Shown here: piece by piece, positions 1 to 11,825 of the stretch | How positions within the stretch are numbered: position 1 is the stretch's first letter | Layout: the number at the start of each line of letters is the position of its first letter | DNA from: Octopus vulgaris | Taxonomy: Eukaryota | Reading direction: 5' to 3' | Assembly (NCBI GenBank): GCA_951406725.2 | Contig: OX597815.1 | Span: forward strand, 174,220,001-174,284,000 | Length of the DNA: 64,000 bases | Made by a program: the position numbers and the translations under genes | The notes under the pieces: model-generated | Database searches by the model: none | Told to the model about the DNA's origin: nothing | The model's input: only the letters and a program-made list of their open reading frames with translations

Positions 1-127
1 GTATGTATGTATGTATGTATGCATGCATGTATGTATACATACATACATATATATATGCATGTATATATGTGTGTGTATGTATATGTATACATATTTATAT
101 ATACATATATATGTGTATGTATGTATG

Positions 128-163
<36 letters not shown>

Positions 164-278
164 TACATATGTGTGTGTGTGTGTACACACACTTTGTTTT
201 GCAAGATTCTTTCATGTGTGTAGAGGTTTCCCAAGCCACTACATACATACATAAATACATACATACACACACACACAA
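1..278. repeat. Compound microsatellite (TATG/TA/CA/TG)
   Basis: Directly visible; explains the low-complexity ORFs at 3-282. Confidence 0.95.
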
Positions 279-831
279 ATGAGTGAGTTAGTGAGATAAA
301 GATGAATAGTGTATCATGACCTTTGTAGGCCCTCATAGACAAGTGAGGAAAATGTAGCCAATACCCAACCTGAACATCTATAGCATAGTTTTTACAAGTA
401 AAAAAAAAGTTGTTAGTAAAGCACAAAGATCACTCAATGGGTTGGAAAGAAACAACAGAGATGCACAGACAAACTGTGGACAGTATAAAAGAGTTGGCCA
501 TGAATTAATAAATTGATGAATCTAGTGTAATAGGATTGCTGTTAACTCCTTGTGATGATAGTAATGCTAGAATGGTATGGAAACTTTTATTCAGTTGTGA
601 AAGGTTACATTGTAAAAACCTTTGCTTGGTTTGAAGAAAAAAACAAGTAGAAATATCACATTTCTGAAAACTGAGAAGCAAAAACTGTAGTATTATATAT
701 TTTTGAAAAATTGCACAAAAAGTGAGACCAATCTGACAACATGGGAAAAAAATGGAACAACACAAAAAAACACTATTAGGAGAATTCTTCACTATAACTG
801 CCACCATTTTTTATAAATAATATCAAAAACG

Positions 832-1094
832 GGAGGCACGTGGCTTAGTGGTTAAGGTGTTAGCATCATGATCGTAAGATTGTGGTTTCGATTCCTGGAC
901 CGGGCGACGCATTGTGTTCTTGAGCAAAACACTTCATTTCACATTGCTCCAGTCCACTCAGCTGGCAAAAATGAGTAACGCTGCGATGGACTGGCATCCC
1001 ATCCAGCTGGGGAACACATACGCCATAGAAACCGGGAAACCAGGAAACCGGGCCCGTGAGCCTGGCTAGGCTTTAAAAGGGCGCATTTATTTTT
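832..1094 (+). mobile_element. tRNA-derived SINE, family A
   Basis: A box TGGCTTAGTGG, B box GTTTCGATTCC, central TTGAGCAAAACACTTCA motif. TSD ATAATATYAAAAACG at 817-831 and 1095-1109 (1 mismatch). Confidence 0.85.
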
Positions 1095-1542
1095 ATAATA
1101 TTAAAAACGTGTAAGGCAGCAAAATGGTAGACTCATTAGCAAGCTGTTCAAAATGTTAGAGTTCAAATTCTGCCATTTTAGCAGTGGTAGAAAAGACTGC
1201 AAAAGGAGACAGTATTCCAGTGGGCTAGGGACCAGAAGGTATCAACCAGTCAAGAGACCATTGATGGGAGTTTAGCTCTCAGCTACCTCACCCAAAATAC
1301 ATACAGCTTTACAACACCAATACTCAAAGATGATGATGGATGTCAAAACTGACAGTCACTTTTTAAACTCAGATTTCGTCCTGTTCATTCAAATGGCTGT
1401 AAACTTTTGTTGGAGAAATTTAATTTACATGCTGGAAAACATGGTGGTGAAAACTAATTTAGTTCCTGCTTAGCATTATTGTTATCCATAGATCTTACCT
1501 CAGAATGTTAGAAATAAACAGTTAAATAGTTTAAGCTCTTAA

Positions 1543-2873
1543 AATAAAAATAAAATAAATATGCCCTTTTTAAAGCCTAGCCAGGCTCATAATAATAATA
1601 ATAATAATTGTGTACAGTGCTCAGGTGCACTACAACTCATCTAAAGTGTATATATAATCAGGTGTAGTTTCGACGGATTTCGGGAAGCATGAGGGCCTTA
1701 AAGGATGCAGTGTCATGGCAGTCAACAACTGATGCAGGCAGTTTATTCCACGCTTCAGCAACCCTGAGCGTGAAAAAATGTTTCCGAAAGTCATGGGAGC
1801 TGTGCTGTTTTCTGACTTTGTAGGCATGTCCACGTGTGTTAGACACATGGAGATCAAAAAGGTGTTCAGTGTTGTTGTTGGTGAGGTGGTTGATAACCTT
1901 GTGTGTGTTTACCAAGTCCGTTGCTAGACGCCGGAGCTTCAGTGAATCCATGCCCAGGGAAACAAGGCGCTCAGAATATGGTAGGTGTCTGATGGAGGGT
2001 ATGCGTTTGGTTGCACGTCTCTGGACAGATTCCAGGAGGTCAATGTTCTGAGCAAGATAGGGATTCCAAACTGATGATGCGAATTCCAAGTGTGGTCGTA
2101 CCATAGCTGTATACAGTTTTAAATAGATGGCTGGAGAGCGGCTAACAAAAGTCTTGCTGAGTGATGCCAAGACACCCTCGGCCTTCTTGACAATTTTAGA
2201 GATATGCTTTGTCCAACGCAAATCACTGCTGACAGTGATGCCTAGGTCACGCTCGCAAGAGGATTTCTTGATATCAGTGTTGTGGAGGGAGTATGTGGAC
2301 GCAGGGTTTTTTCTCCCAAAATGCATGGTGGTACACTTGTCCACAGCCAGTTTCAGTTGCCAGTCTGTGATCCATTGCTGCATTGTGTCTAGGTCTGATT
2401 GCAGGAAAGAGTTGTAGACATCAGGATCAGTCCTCTTGATTTCAAGGTACAGCTTGATGTCGTCTGCATATTTCAATACTGTGGCATTCTTTAAATTGGC
2501 ATCTATGTCATTAATGTATGCCACAAACAGGAGGGGACCAAGGACAGATCCCTGTGGTACACCCGATGACATCTCATATGGTGTAGAGTGCTGTCCTAGA
2601 ACTGTGACTACCTCCTTTCGGCTGAGGATGAAGGATTTCAACCAGTTAAAAAGGTCATCCCCCACACCCATTTTCTATGGCATATGTGTTCCCTAGCTGG
2701 ACGGAACACCAGTTCATCGCAGCGTTACTCATTTTTGCCAGCTGAGTGGACTGGAGCAACATGAAGTGAAGTGTTTTGCTCAAGAACACAATGCGTTGCC
2801 TGGTCCAGGAATTGAAACCACAATCTTACGATCATGGTGCTGACACCCAAACCACTAAGCCATGCGCCTTCAC
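1543..2873 (-). mobile_element. Family A SINE interrupted by a LINE
   Basis: 2672-2873 and about 1545-1590 match the 5' and 3' parts of the 832 copy in reverse. 15-bp TSD AGTTTAAGCTCTTAA at 1528-1542 and 2874-2888. Confidence 0.85.
1590..2671 (-). mobile_element. 5'-truncated CR1/L2-like LINE (RT C-terminal half open, 337 aa)
   Basis: ORF 1658-2671 has SGVPQGSVLGPLLF, YADD, RPHLEFASSVWNPY, TRGH and RVAEAWNKLP. Short 3' UTR followed by an (ATT)n tail. Confidence 0.93.
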
Positions 2874-3825
2874 AGTTTAAGCTCTTAAGTTCTGTATATC
2901 TTGCATTTTCAGAATGTTGATGAAATAGCTTGTTAATTTCAAGCAATATGTGTTCTCATTATTTGATTAATAGCATTATCTGCTCAATAAATTCATAAAG
3001 TATTTCACCAACAATTGTGCCTATAATGTAATTCTTAGGTAAAACCAGCAGGACACTGTGTGACAAAGCTGTTTCTTTAAAACACAGAGTTCATTTGACA
3101 AGTTCTGCATGGTTTCTAGCAATTTAGTCATACAGTAGGATTAAACCAAGAATTACATGATTGTGAATGACCTCTTTAACCACTCAGACGAATACCCTCC
3201 ATCAGTCATTTTTTTTTTTTCTGTATTTGTAGCTCATAGTGTATATACTATGCATTTTTTCTCTTTTTCTACTCTTCTGTTAGAATTATTTGCCAATTAT
3301 ATCATTTATTGTCACCTCAGAAACATGGCTGTTGTATTGTAATGTTTGGTTGAATTAAATCTTAAGGAACATCTTTTCCGCACAGAATTTGGTTGAATTT
3401 TTAGTATATAATTTGAGAAACTCTAACAATGTCACTAAAATTTGTATTGCTTCTGTCTAGGAGGAATGCAAATAAATCTTCCAACAGCATTGTCATCAGC
3501 TAAGCAGCATTTTTTTCAATATATATATATACATATTTTCATGAATATCATTTTTACAAGATTTGTAAATAATATTTGTAATTAAGTATGTGCGTATTTG
3601 TGTTTGTCTCTCACCATCACTTGACAACTGCTATTAGTTTGTTTATGTATCCATAACTTAGTGGTTCAACAAAAGATGCAGATAGAATAAGTACCAACCT
3701 TAAAAAAATAAGTACTGAGGTCAATTTGTTCAACCATACACTAAAATCGTCAAAACAGGTTAAAGGTGTCCTAGCATTGCTCAGTAAGACCAACTATCCA
3801 TTTAGAATTATATTTACACTTACAG

Positions 3826-3895
3826 TTTACACTTACATTTACATTTACACTTACATTTACACTTACATTTACATTTACACTTACAATTTACATTT
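3826..3895. repeat. Hexamer tandem repeat (TTACAC/TTACAT)n
   Basis: About 11 visible units inside the degraded LINE. Confidence 0.9.
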
Positions 3896-4064
3896 CCAGT
3901 CTGGAATCCCCATCTTGTCCAGAATATCAATCTCCTGGAGGGTGTCCAGAAGATGTGCAACCAGACAAATATCCTCCATCAGTCACTCATCATATTGTGA
4001 ATGTCTTGCTTCTTTGGGCATTGACACCCTAAAGTTTCAAAGTCTAACCTTTGTACTGATAGAA

Positions 4065-4249
4065 TCGAACGCTTTAGAAAAGTCTACAAATACCATTGCA
4101 AGAGGGCGCACACTCTCCTACCCTGATGTAATCTCCAGGGATACAGGCATCCAGCAACAGGACCTCTGTAATGCCATGATGGACCATGAAGTCTGGCGTA
4201 GCATGGTAAATTCCATTGTCTCGACCACGGTCGAACAATGATGATGATG
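4065..4249 (+). mobile_element. RTE-like LINE 3' end nested in the CR1-like relic
   Basis: C-terminal peptide GRTLSYPDVISRDTG...AMMDHEVWR, (TGA)n tail, 10-bp TSD ACTGATAGAA at 4055-4064 and 4250-4259. Confidence 0.75.
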
Positions 4250-5509
4250 ACTGATAGAAGCTCACAAGATTACTTATCATCTTTCCAACAACTTTGATCA
4301 CCTTTTTGAATTCAATATCTCTACCACTTTTCAACTTGCTTATGATATCAAAATTCTGCACAGCACTTGTGACTTTTGGAAACATTTTTCATGCACAGAA
4401 TTGTCAAAACATGGAATAAACTATTAATGCCAGTTGCTTGCTGTCAGGATACAGCATTCTTTGAAAATTCTATACTTACTGAAATTTGGCAACACTACTC
4501 CTTCTTCTATATGACTCTTTTATAGATCATTTTTCTTTATTTTAGTCTTTTATTCATGTATTGTGCATGTAATTCTAGTTTTCATTACTATCTTTCTTTA
4601 CTTGATTGATATGTCTGCTTTCTGTCCTCTCTTTTAGCCATTTTCCAATGAGTTGTGGTGCATCTGAGCATTATATACAATAAGCTCAACATTATTATTA
4701 ATTATCAAAATTATTGTCAACCTTCTCTAAGAGCCCCAGAATAAACCATAAAGAACACGTCTTAACTCACACCTTTGACAGTTCAAGTCATTAAATTCTC
4801 ATGGCCACCAATCATAACTCAAGCAGGCTCAATTTATCTCCTCTACCCAGACGTGGTCTCTGGCTCTCCTAATATAACTTTTGTTCTTTCTTTCTCTTTC
4901 CTTTGCTCTCACTCTATATCTGTCCATCATATCATATGCTCTTTGATTTAAAGTTCACCTCACAAAACAAGTTAACAAAAAAGATAAACAACCAATCAAA
5001 AAAAAATTTTAATAAACCTCTTTTTCTATGTAAAACTCTCTATAGTCAAAACATCCAACCTAACCCTGCTCGTGATATTTCTTATTTCTTGTCCACTTTG
5101 GCAGAAGTTCTCTCTAAAATCATTGCAGAGCACTTATGTTTGTGTGGGCCTCAAGAAGGGGGAGATATATGCAATATACATGATGTGAAGTAAAGAGAGG
5201 AGCAAGTCATCTCCAAGGAACAAAAGCCATTATAGTATTGAAGGAAAAGACAGCAAGAGTAGACAGTGTAATTGTCTATACCTTTCCTTGTTTCTTTTTC
5301 TTTAAAGTAAAACGAATATGTCAAATTTTTGTCCTTTGGTATCCTAAAATTTTCCTGTTCAAATTCCATGTTTGTATCATCACATTATCAAAAGACCAAT
5401 ATATCAGTATACTCTCTACTTAAGAAAACCCACTTGAGATAATAAAGAGTGTTGATTTTATCTTTCTGATAGGCTGTTCTTATGCACTCTTCAATATTGT
5501 AGAGTGTTA

Positions 5510-5926
5510 GGGCAACGAGATGGCAGAGACGTTAGCACGCCAGGCGAAATACTTAGCGGTATTTCATCTGCTGTTACGTTCCGAGTTCAAATTCCACCGA
5601 GGTTAACTTTGCCTTTCATCCTTTCAGGGTTGATTAAATAAGTACCAGTTATGCACTGGGGTCGATATAATCAACTTAATCTGTTTATCTGTCATTGTTT
5701 GTCCTCTCTGTGTTTAGCCTCTTGTGGGTAGTAAAGAAATAGGTATTTCATCTGCTGTTACATTCCAAGTTCAAATTCCACCAAGGTTGACTTTGCCTTT
5801 CATCCTTTCGGGGTCAATTAAATAAGTACCAGTTACGCACCAGTGTCAATGTAATCGGCTTAATCCTTTTGTCTGTCCTTGTTTGTCCCCTCTATGTTTA
5901 ACTCCATGTGGGCAATAAAGAAATAG
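5510..5926 (+). mobile_element. SINE family B with internal tandem duplication
   Basis: Two copies of the GCCTTTCATCCTTTCGGGGTCGA..AAGTACCAG core. 16-bp TSD ATATTGTAGAGTGTTA at 5494-5509 and 5927-5942. Confidence 0.88.
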
Positions 5927-6901
5927 ATATTGTAGAGTGTTAAATATTAAAACTAGGATTTTTAGAGTCTCTGTATATAGCATTCAAGTGAATTGCTGGA
6001 AGATATTACATGAGATAAATTTAAATATGTAACAGTAGCTTCTGATTATTACCATTCCCTGTATAATGTTCTTCATTTAAGAAGCTAGTGATTATCTCTG
6101 TTTTCAATGGTGTTCAACAGATGTGGACATCATTGATAACTGGATAATACACTAGTCTATCATAGATAACTTTCCTCTTGGTAAAAATGGAACTCAGAAT
6201 TACAAGCTAATGAATAAGTTGTATACCACAGCTATAAACTATAAACACAACAGTGAATTATAATACATTATAGTTCTTACTTAAAGTTAAGTATTGGTGG
6301 CCATTATGTGATAAATGTTCTGGCCAGGATAGGAACCACCAGCTTCTCAGTTTGCAGTCAAGCTCAAAAGAGAAATATATTATCAATGCTTGTAATTTTC
6401 ATTGATTGACTTCCATAAAATTTATGATGGTTATTGCATTACAATATTCTCCACTCCTTAAAAGGAATGGTTTTCTAGTGCTCAGTAAGATAAAAATATT
6501 CTTCTCTTAAACACATATAAAAATATCTAGATATAATAGCAAATACTACCTTTTAAAAATAAGATTACCTATAGTTCAAGTAATAGTTAACTAGTTTAAT
6601 ATACATACACTAACTTCTATAAGAAATATGAGCAATTTTATTTGTTTAGTTTTACCTTCCCACCTATGAAAATCTTGCAGATTTGCATTTTATAATTAAA
6701 CTTTTTTTTATTAACTTTTTAAAATTTATTTGTTATAGTGATTAAAAAATTGTACAAGAGTCATTTTTTTACAATGCCTCAAATAATTTTAGAAGGCAAA
6801 GATTTTTTTAAAATTTATTAATAATATTCAGTACAGAACTTTTTACTCAAATTACAAAGCAATTACAAAGTTTATTAATTTTACTTATTTATACAAAAAT
6901 A

Positions 6902-6968
<67 letters not shown>
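6902..6968. repeat. (ATT)n microsatellite
   Basis: About 22 units. Confidence 0.97.
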
Positions 6969-7361
6969 ACTATTAACAACAGAAAAGGCATTTTATTTAA
7001 AGTCCAAGTTTCATGTAAAACAAAATGTATTTTGAAGTTCAAGTTTCAGATAATACAAGTGTGTACAAAAAGAACAGCCAGTTGTCCCTCATGAGTGAGT
7101 ATAGCTTATTAACATGTACCATGTTTCTGTTGATTGTGGTCAAGCAGCACATCCAGGATGTTGTGGCTGAAAGGAATAAAGACTGCACCAGCTTCTAACC
7201 AATATCCATCACAACTTATTAGACTGGAGCAAAATGAAATGAGATGTTTGCTTAAGGACATGATGCACCACTCAGTCCAGGAATTGAATCCATATGCTCA
7301 TGATCTAGGTTTTTGCTTTCACTGCCACAGAGAGCATGTATTTATAAGTATGGTAAATAAT

Positions 7362-7575
7362 GGTTTCAAATTTTGGTACAGGGCCAGCATTTTCAGAGGA
7401 GGGGGCTAAGTCAATTACATCAACCCCAGTGTTCAACTGGTATTTATTTTTTCAACCCTGAAAGAATGAAAGGCGAAGTCAACCCTGCTGAAATTTGAAC
7501 TCAGAATATAAGGATGGACGAAATTCCACTAAGTATTTTGCCTGGTGTGCTAATGATTCTGCCAGTTCACTGCCT
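7362..7575 (-). mobile_element. SINE family B
   Basis: Reverse core motif, flanked by the direct repeat TAAGTATGGTAAATAAT. Confidence 0.8.
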
Positions 7576-7612
7576 TAAGTATGGTAAATAATATGGAACA
7601 TATACTATCTAG

Positions 7613-8105
7613 TAATAATAAAATTATTGTATACAGTGCTCAGGTGCACCACAACTCGTCAAAAGTGCATATAAAGCAAATGCAGTAATGTACAAATGTC
7701 TGGAAAGTGAACAGTGTATGAGTCAAATACACGCTTGCATGTGTATGGAGGGGAGAAAATCAGGTGTAGTGTTGGCGAATCTCAGGAAGCATGTAAGTTT
7801 TGAAGGATGCAGTGCTCCAACAACTAACAACTGATGCCGGCAGTTTGTTCCATGCTTCAGCAACTCTTAGCGTGAAAAAATGTTTCCAAAAGTCATGGGA
7901 GCTGTGCTGTTTTCTGATTTTGTAAACATGTCCACGGGTGTTAGACAGGTGGAGTTTGAAAAGGTGCTCAGAGTTATTGTTGGTAAGATAGTTAATAATT
8001 TTATGGGTGTTTGCCAAGTCAGCTGCCAGACGTCAGAGTTTCAATGTATCCATGCCCAGGGAAGTAAGGCGTTCAGAATATGGCAAATGCCTGATGGAGG
8101 GTATT
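7613..8105 (-). mobile_element. CR1/L2-like LINE 3' fragment
   Basis: ORF 7760-8017 is highly similar to the C-terminus of ORF 1658-2671, with the same terminal UTR motif. Confidence 0.9.
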
Positions 8106-8114
8106 GAAGTTTAT

Positions 8115-8357
8115 TCCCTTTCTTCTCTAGGCTTATAGCTATTAATCCATTTTCACTGCATACTATTCTTGGGATGGCCGTAGGTATAAAATCTCCATGC
8201 ACTTCTTCCACAGGATCCTATCAGAAACAATAATCTTTAAACTTTCCCGCTGGATCCCCAAGCATGATCAACTGAGACAAATTCTTCAAGCTGAATCAAC
8301 AGGCAGGAGACTTAGGGGTAGACCATGAGCAAGATGATTGGATAATATCCATAGTCT
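8115..8357 (-). mobile_element. RTE-like 3' fragment with inverted 5' segment
   Basis: 8196-8278 matches 32523-32602 in reverse; 8279-8357 matches 32450-32526 forward. Confidence 0.7.
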
Positions 8358-8889
8358 AGGTTTATATTTTATCTACTTCGATATGCTATTTTTAATGCAA
8401 GCAATTTCTAATCGGTATCTACTTGCAGATATATAGAAAAACGTTATCAACTAACAGCTGGATGTTGTACCTCAAAAACATTTCTGTTTCATGTGAATTA
8501 AGCTAGTGATTTCCATATGGTCTTTAATAGATTTCAAATTATTGAAGCTAATAATATATAATAGCATAGTAGTCAGGGGAGTAAATTATGTTTTGTGTCC
8601 TATCTTAGCAATTCATTTTGCTATGTGTTAAAAAGTGCAAACCTAATAAGATTTCAAGCTTAACTTTTTAATCCACAAGGCTGAATCTATACACTTCCCT
8701 TCAGAACTTATATAACAATTTAACATATTATGTTAATGTCATTAAACCCAACAATCGTAGAGGGCTTACAATATTATTTTCTTTAATTCTAGCATGAAAA
8801 ATAGAATAGTAAAACCCCAAATTAACAAAACCCAATAATGGACTTTCTTATTTGAGAGTATAAACATGAATGAAAATGTTATTCTATTC

Positions 8890-9416
8890 ACACACATCGC
8901 ACGCATACATACATGCACGCATGCATACATACATAATTACGCGCGCGCGCGCGCGCGTGTGTTTGGGGTGGTAACTGAGCTTATAATTCAATTGTTAAAT
9001 AAAACAGTCGGAAAAATTTAATTGCGAAACAATCCAAGGGAAACAACTTCTCTTTGTTTACAGAAGTCAATTCTCAAAATATTGTTTTGACAACTTGGCA
9101 GCTAGATCTATTTATTTTTCTTTTAGTAAAAACTTTCCATGTTTGTCTAAACAGAACATATTTTAAAGAAATCTATTTGGAATATCTTTAAATAGATATA
9201 TAGTCATTTATCATTTATTTATTATTTTTGTTTTTTATTGTTTTTTTTTATTTTTCCTGACACCGTGTTGAATATATTTTAGAACATCAACGTTATCAGT
9301 GTTCTAGTTACGTCCCCTGACCTCCTGTAATCTTTTTATTTACTATCTGCGAAGTCGTAAGCTTCAGTCAGCAGCTCCTGTCCCATAACAAACAAGCGTT
9401 CATCGAACTTCCAATC
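8890..9416 (+). promoter_or_regulatory. Putative catalase promoter and 5' UTR (CpG-richer than flanks)
   Basis: Directly upstream of the ATG, free of obvious TEs, locally more CpG. (CG)n run at 8940-8957 and TTGTTTAC at 9054-9061. TSS cannot be determined. Confidence 0.45.
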
Positions 9417-9473
9417 ATGGCCAACCGAGACAAAGTTAGCGACCAACTTAAGCATTACAAGGAAGATCATCCG
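9417..9473 (+). CDS. CAT: Catalase coding exon 1 (MANRDKVSDQLKHYKEDHP)
   Basis: ATCATGG start context, similar to animal catalase N-termini (human MADSRDPASDQMQHWKEQ). Phase-0 donor CCG|GTAAAT is compatible with exon 2. Confidence 0.88.
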
Positions 9474-10199
9474 GTAAATATATTTTGCAAAGCATTTTGA
9501 AGTTTTGTCAACGATGTCTCTTCGCAGGTGTATATAATATTCATTTGTTATTATGTATCGAACCAAATTAGGACAAATGTTACGCCCCGTTTACTATATC
9601 TGTTGTTTGTCTATTTAGTTGCATGGCCGTCTTGTTAGGGTTAGGGTCGCTTTGTTGTAGGCTTCTGATCAGAGAAAGGGATTTCGTTAGTGACCATCTC
9701 ATGTTTTTGTATATAAAAGCTACACTGTTAAATAGAGGGGTGAATGCAATTTGAGGAAGGTTTGGCTGCCATTCTTAACACGGTCAGAGAACCGCGTGAA
9801 GGCTCTTTTGTTAGCTCCTGTCTCCCTAAATGGTCCTTGCATGCGTTATAACGACAACGCATGATCATTCATATTCAATGTTGTAAGCGCTGTCCTAATT
9901 ATCTCGGTACCTTTCCGCCATGAAAGAGTTAACGTCAATACAAAATTATTCTTGCTTTTATTTAACATAAAGGAGACTAAAAATATATAATACACTATAG
10001 TAATCAACACGTATTTTATTCATAATTTAATATTTCAATTCGCGACCACTTTCGGTTAAGGGCAGTCCTTAAGCTTTTTATAGTCATGGCCCATTCATAA
10101 TTATCATATGTCGTTTTACATTTTTTATTTATTTTTTTAATGCTATTTTGGTAAACTGATTTTTCTAAACAAAGCTCGCTTTTGAAATATTGCCAAAAC

Positions 10200-11205
10200 A
10201 TACTTTTGAGCAGGGCAGATATCTTATGAGTTCGATAAAATAAAGTACCAGTCAAGCACTGGAATCGATCTAATTGATTCGTCTCCCAATAGAATTTATA
10301 TAAAACCTGATAACTAACCAGGGCAGAGGGGTTGGCAGAATCGTTAGAATGTCAGACAAAATGACCTTACGATATTTCTACTGACTCCACTTTATGTTCT
10401 AGGTTCAAATTCTGCTGGGGTCAGTAAAATAAAGTACCAGTTAAACTTTGGGTTGTTTGTATTCACTAACACCCACCTCACAAAATATTGCTTGCCTTGT
10501 ATTTTGCCAGTTGCTACGTTCTGAGTTCAAATTCCACCGAGGTCGACTTTGTCTTTCATCCGTTCAGGGGTCGATAAAATAAGTACCAGTTGAACACTGG
10601 GGTCAATATAATCGACATGTCCTCTCCCTCAAAATTGCTGCCCTTCTGGCAAAATTTGAAAACATTACTATAATTATTGCATCCCTTCGAGGTCAATGAA
10701 ATAAATACCAGTTGAGCACTGAGGTCAATATGATCAACTAGTCCCCTATCCCAAAATTTCAGGCCTTGTGCCTTTAGAAGAATGGATTATTATTATTATG
10801 AAGGTGAGAAGCTGGCAGAATTGTTAGCACACCGGGTAAAATACTTAGCGGTATTTCATCCATCCTTACATTCTGAGTTGAAAGTTAGTTTTACCTTTTG
10901 CCATTTCAGGATTGATAAAATATGTACCAGTGGAGCTCTGGGGTTAACATCAATGATTTACCCCTCCCTCGAATTTGTTGGCCTTGTGCCACAATTTGAA
11001 CCCATTATTATTAAGAAGGCAGTGAGGTGGTAGAATGGTTGGCATGTTGGCATTTCATCCGTCTTTATGTCTTGAGTTCAAATTCCAAGGTCAACTTTGT
11101 CATCCTTTTGGGATCGATGAAATAAGTACCAGTTGAATACTGGGGTTTATGTAATCAACTGTCCCTTCCCACTAAGTTTTAGAAAGTATGATTATTATTA
11201 TTATT
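10200..11205 (+). mobile_element. Head-to-tail cluster of about 5-6 family B SINE copies and fragments
   Basis: Repeated GATAAAATAAGTACCAGT cores near 10235, 10425, 10573, 10698, 10913 and 11116. Confidence 0.8.
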
Positions 11206-11734
11206 GAGTGAGAGAGCAGTGCATGCTACCAAAGTGACACTGGGGTATAATATACGAAGCCCACTATACCCGTCATGACTACCCGCCTGATAAGGGTACA
11301 CTAGGCACATGCATCACAACCATATGTACGTCACATGGTGATCTCATATCAAGATAAGCAGCACATGACCTTGCCGGTGGGGCCTAGTTAGAATTTTCTT
11401 CTGTTCGAGTAACCCATCCCGCTCAAAAGGTCCCTGAATAAGAGTTGTTTAAGAATGTTGAATGAAACACCCATGTTTCTAGAGGTGAATTATTCAAACC
11501 CCAAAGAATCCCTCTCAACACATAGCTATGATGCTCCCCCACTACTTCTGCTCGTGATCAGAGATGCACATGTCGTCAGCCACTAAAGGACATGCTCAAC
11601 TGGTTATGGTCAAACAGAATATTTGCTGTAGCCCAAGACAAAACAATGTACATGATAACACTTCCAATCAGTTAAGATCAGAATCCACGAGAGCCACTGC
11701 CTGGCACTGCATCAGGGCATTATTATTATTATTA

Positions 11735-11768
<34 letters not shown>

Positions 11769-11780
11769 TAATATTATTAT
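11206..11780 (+). repeat. Unclassified interspersed repeat with (ATT)n tail
   Basis: A second, degraded partial copy lies at about 54195-54360. Confidence 0.55.
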
Positions 11781-11825
11781 AGGAAGCATGCAGAATTGTT
11801 AAGACATTGGAATAAATGTTAATCC

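Larger units (their letters stand above)
3740..4702 (+). mobile_element. Degraded 3' part of the same CR1/L2-like family
   Basis: Patchy similarity to the reverse complement of 1590-2200, including 3' UTR GAGTTGTGGTGCATCTGAGCA and an ATT tail. Frameshifted. Confidence 0.75.

Noticed and set aside
3-282. Three overlapping ORFs rich in Y/V/C/M/I
   Set aside because: Translations of microsatellite
9635-9646. (TTAGGG)2 telomere-like motif
   Set aside because: Only two units; not an interstitial telomere array
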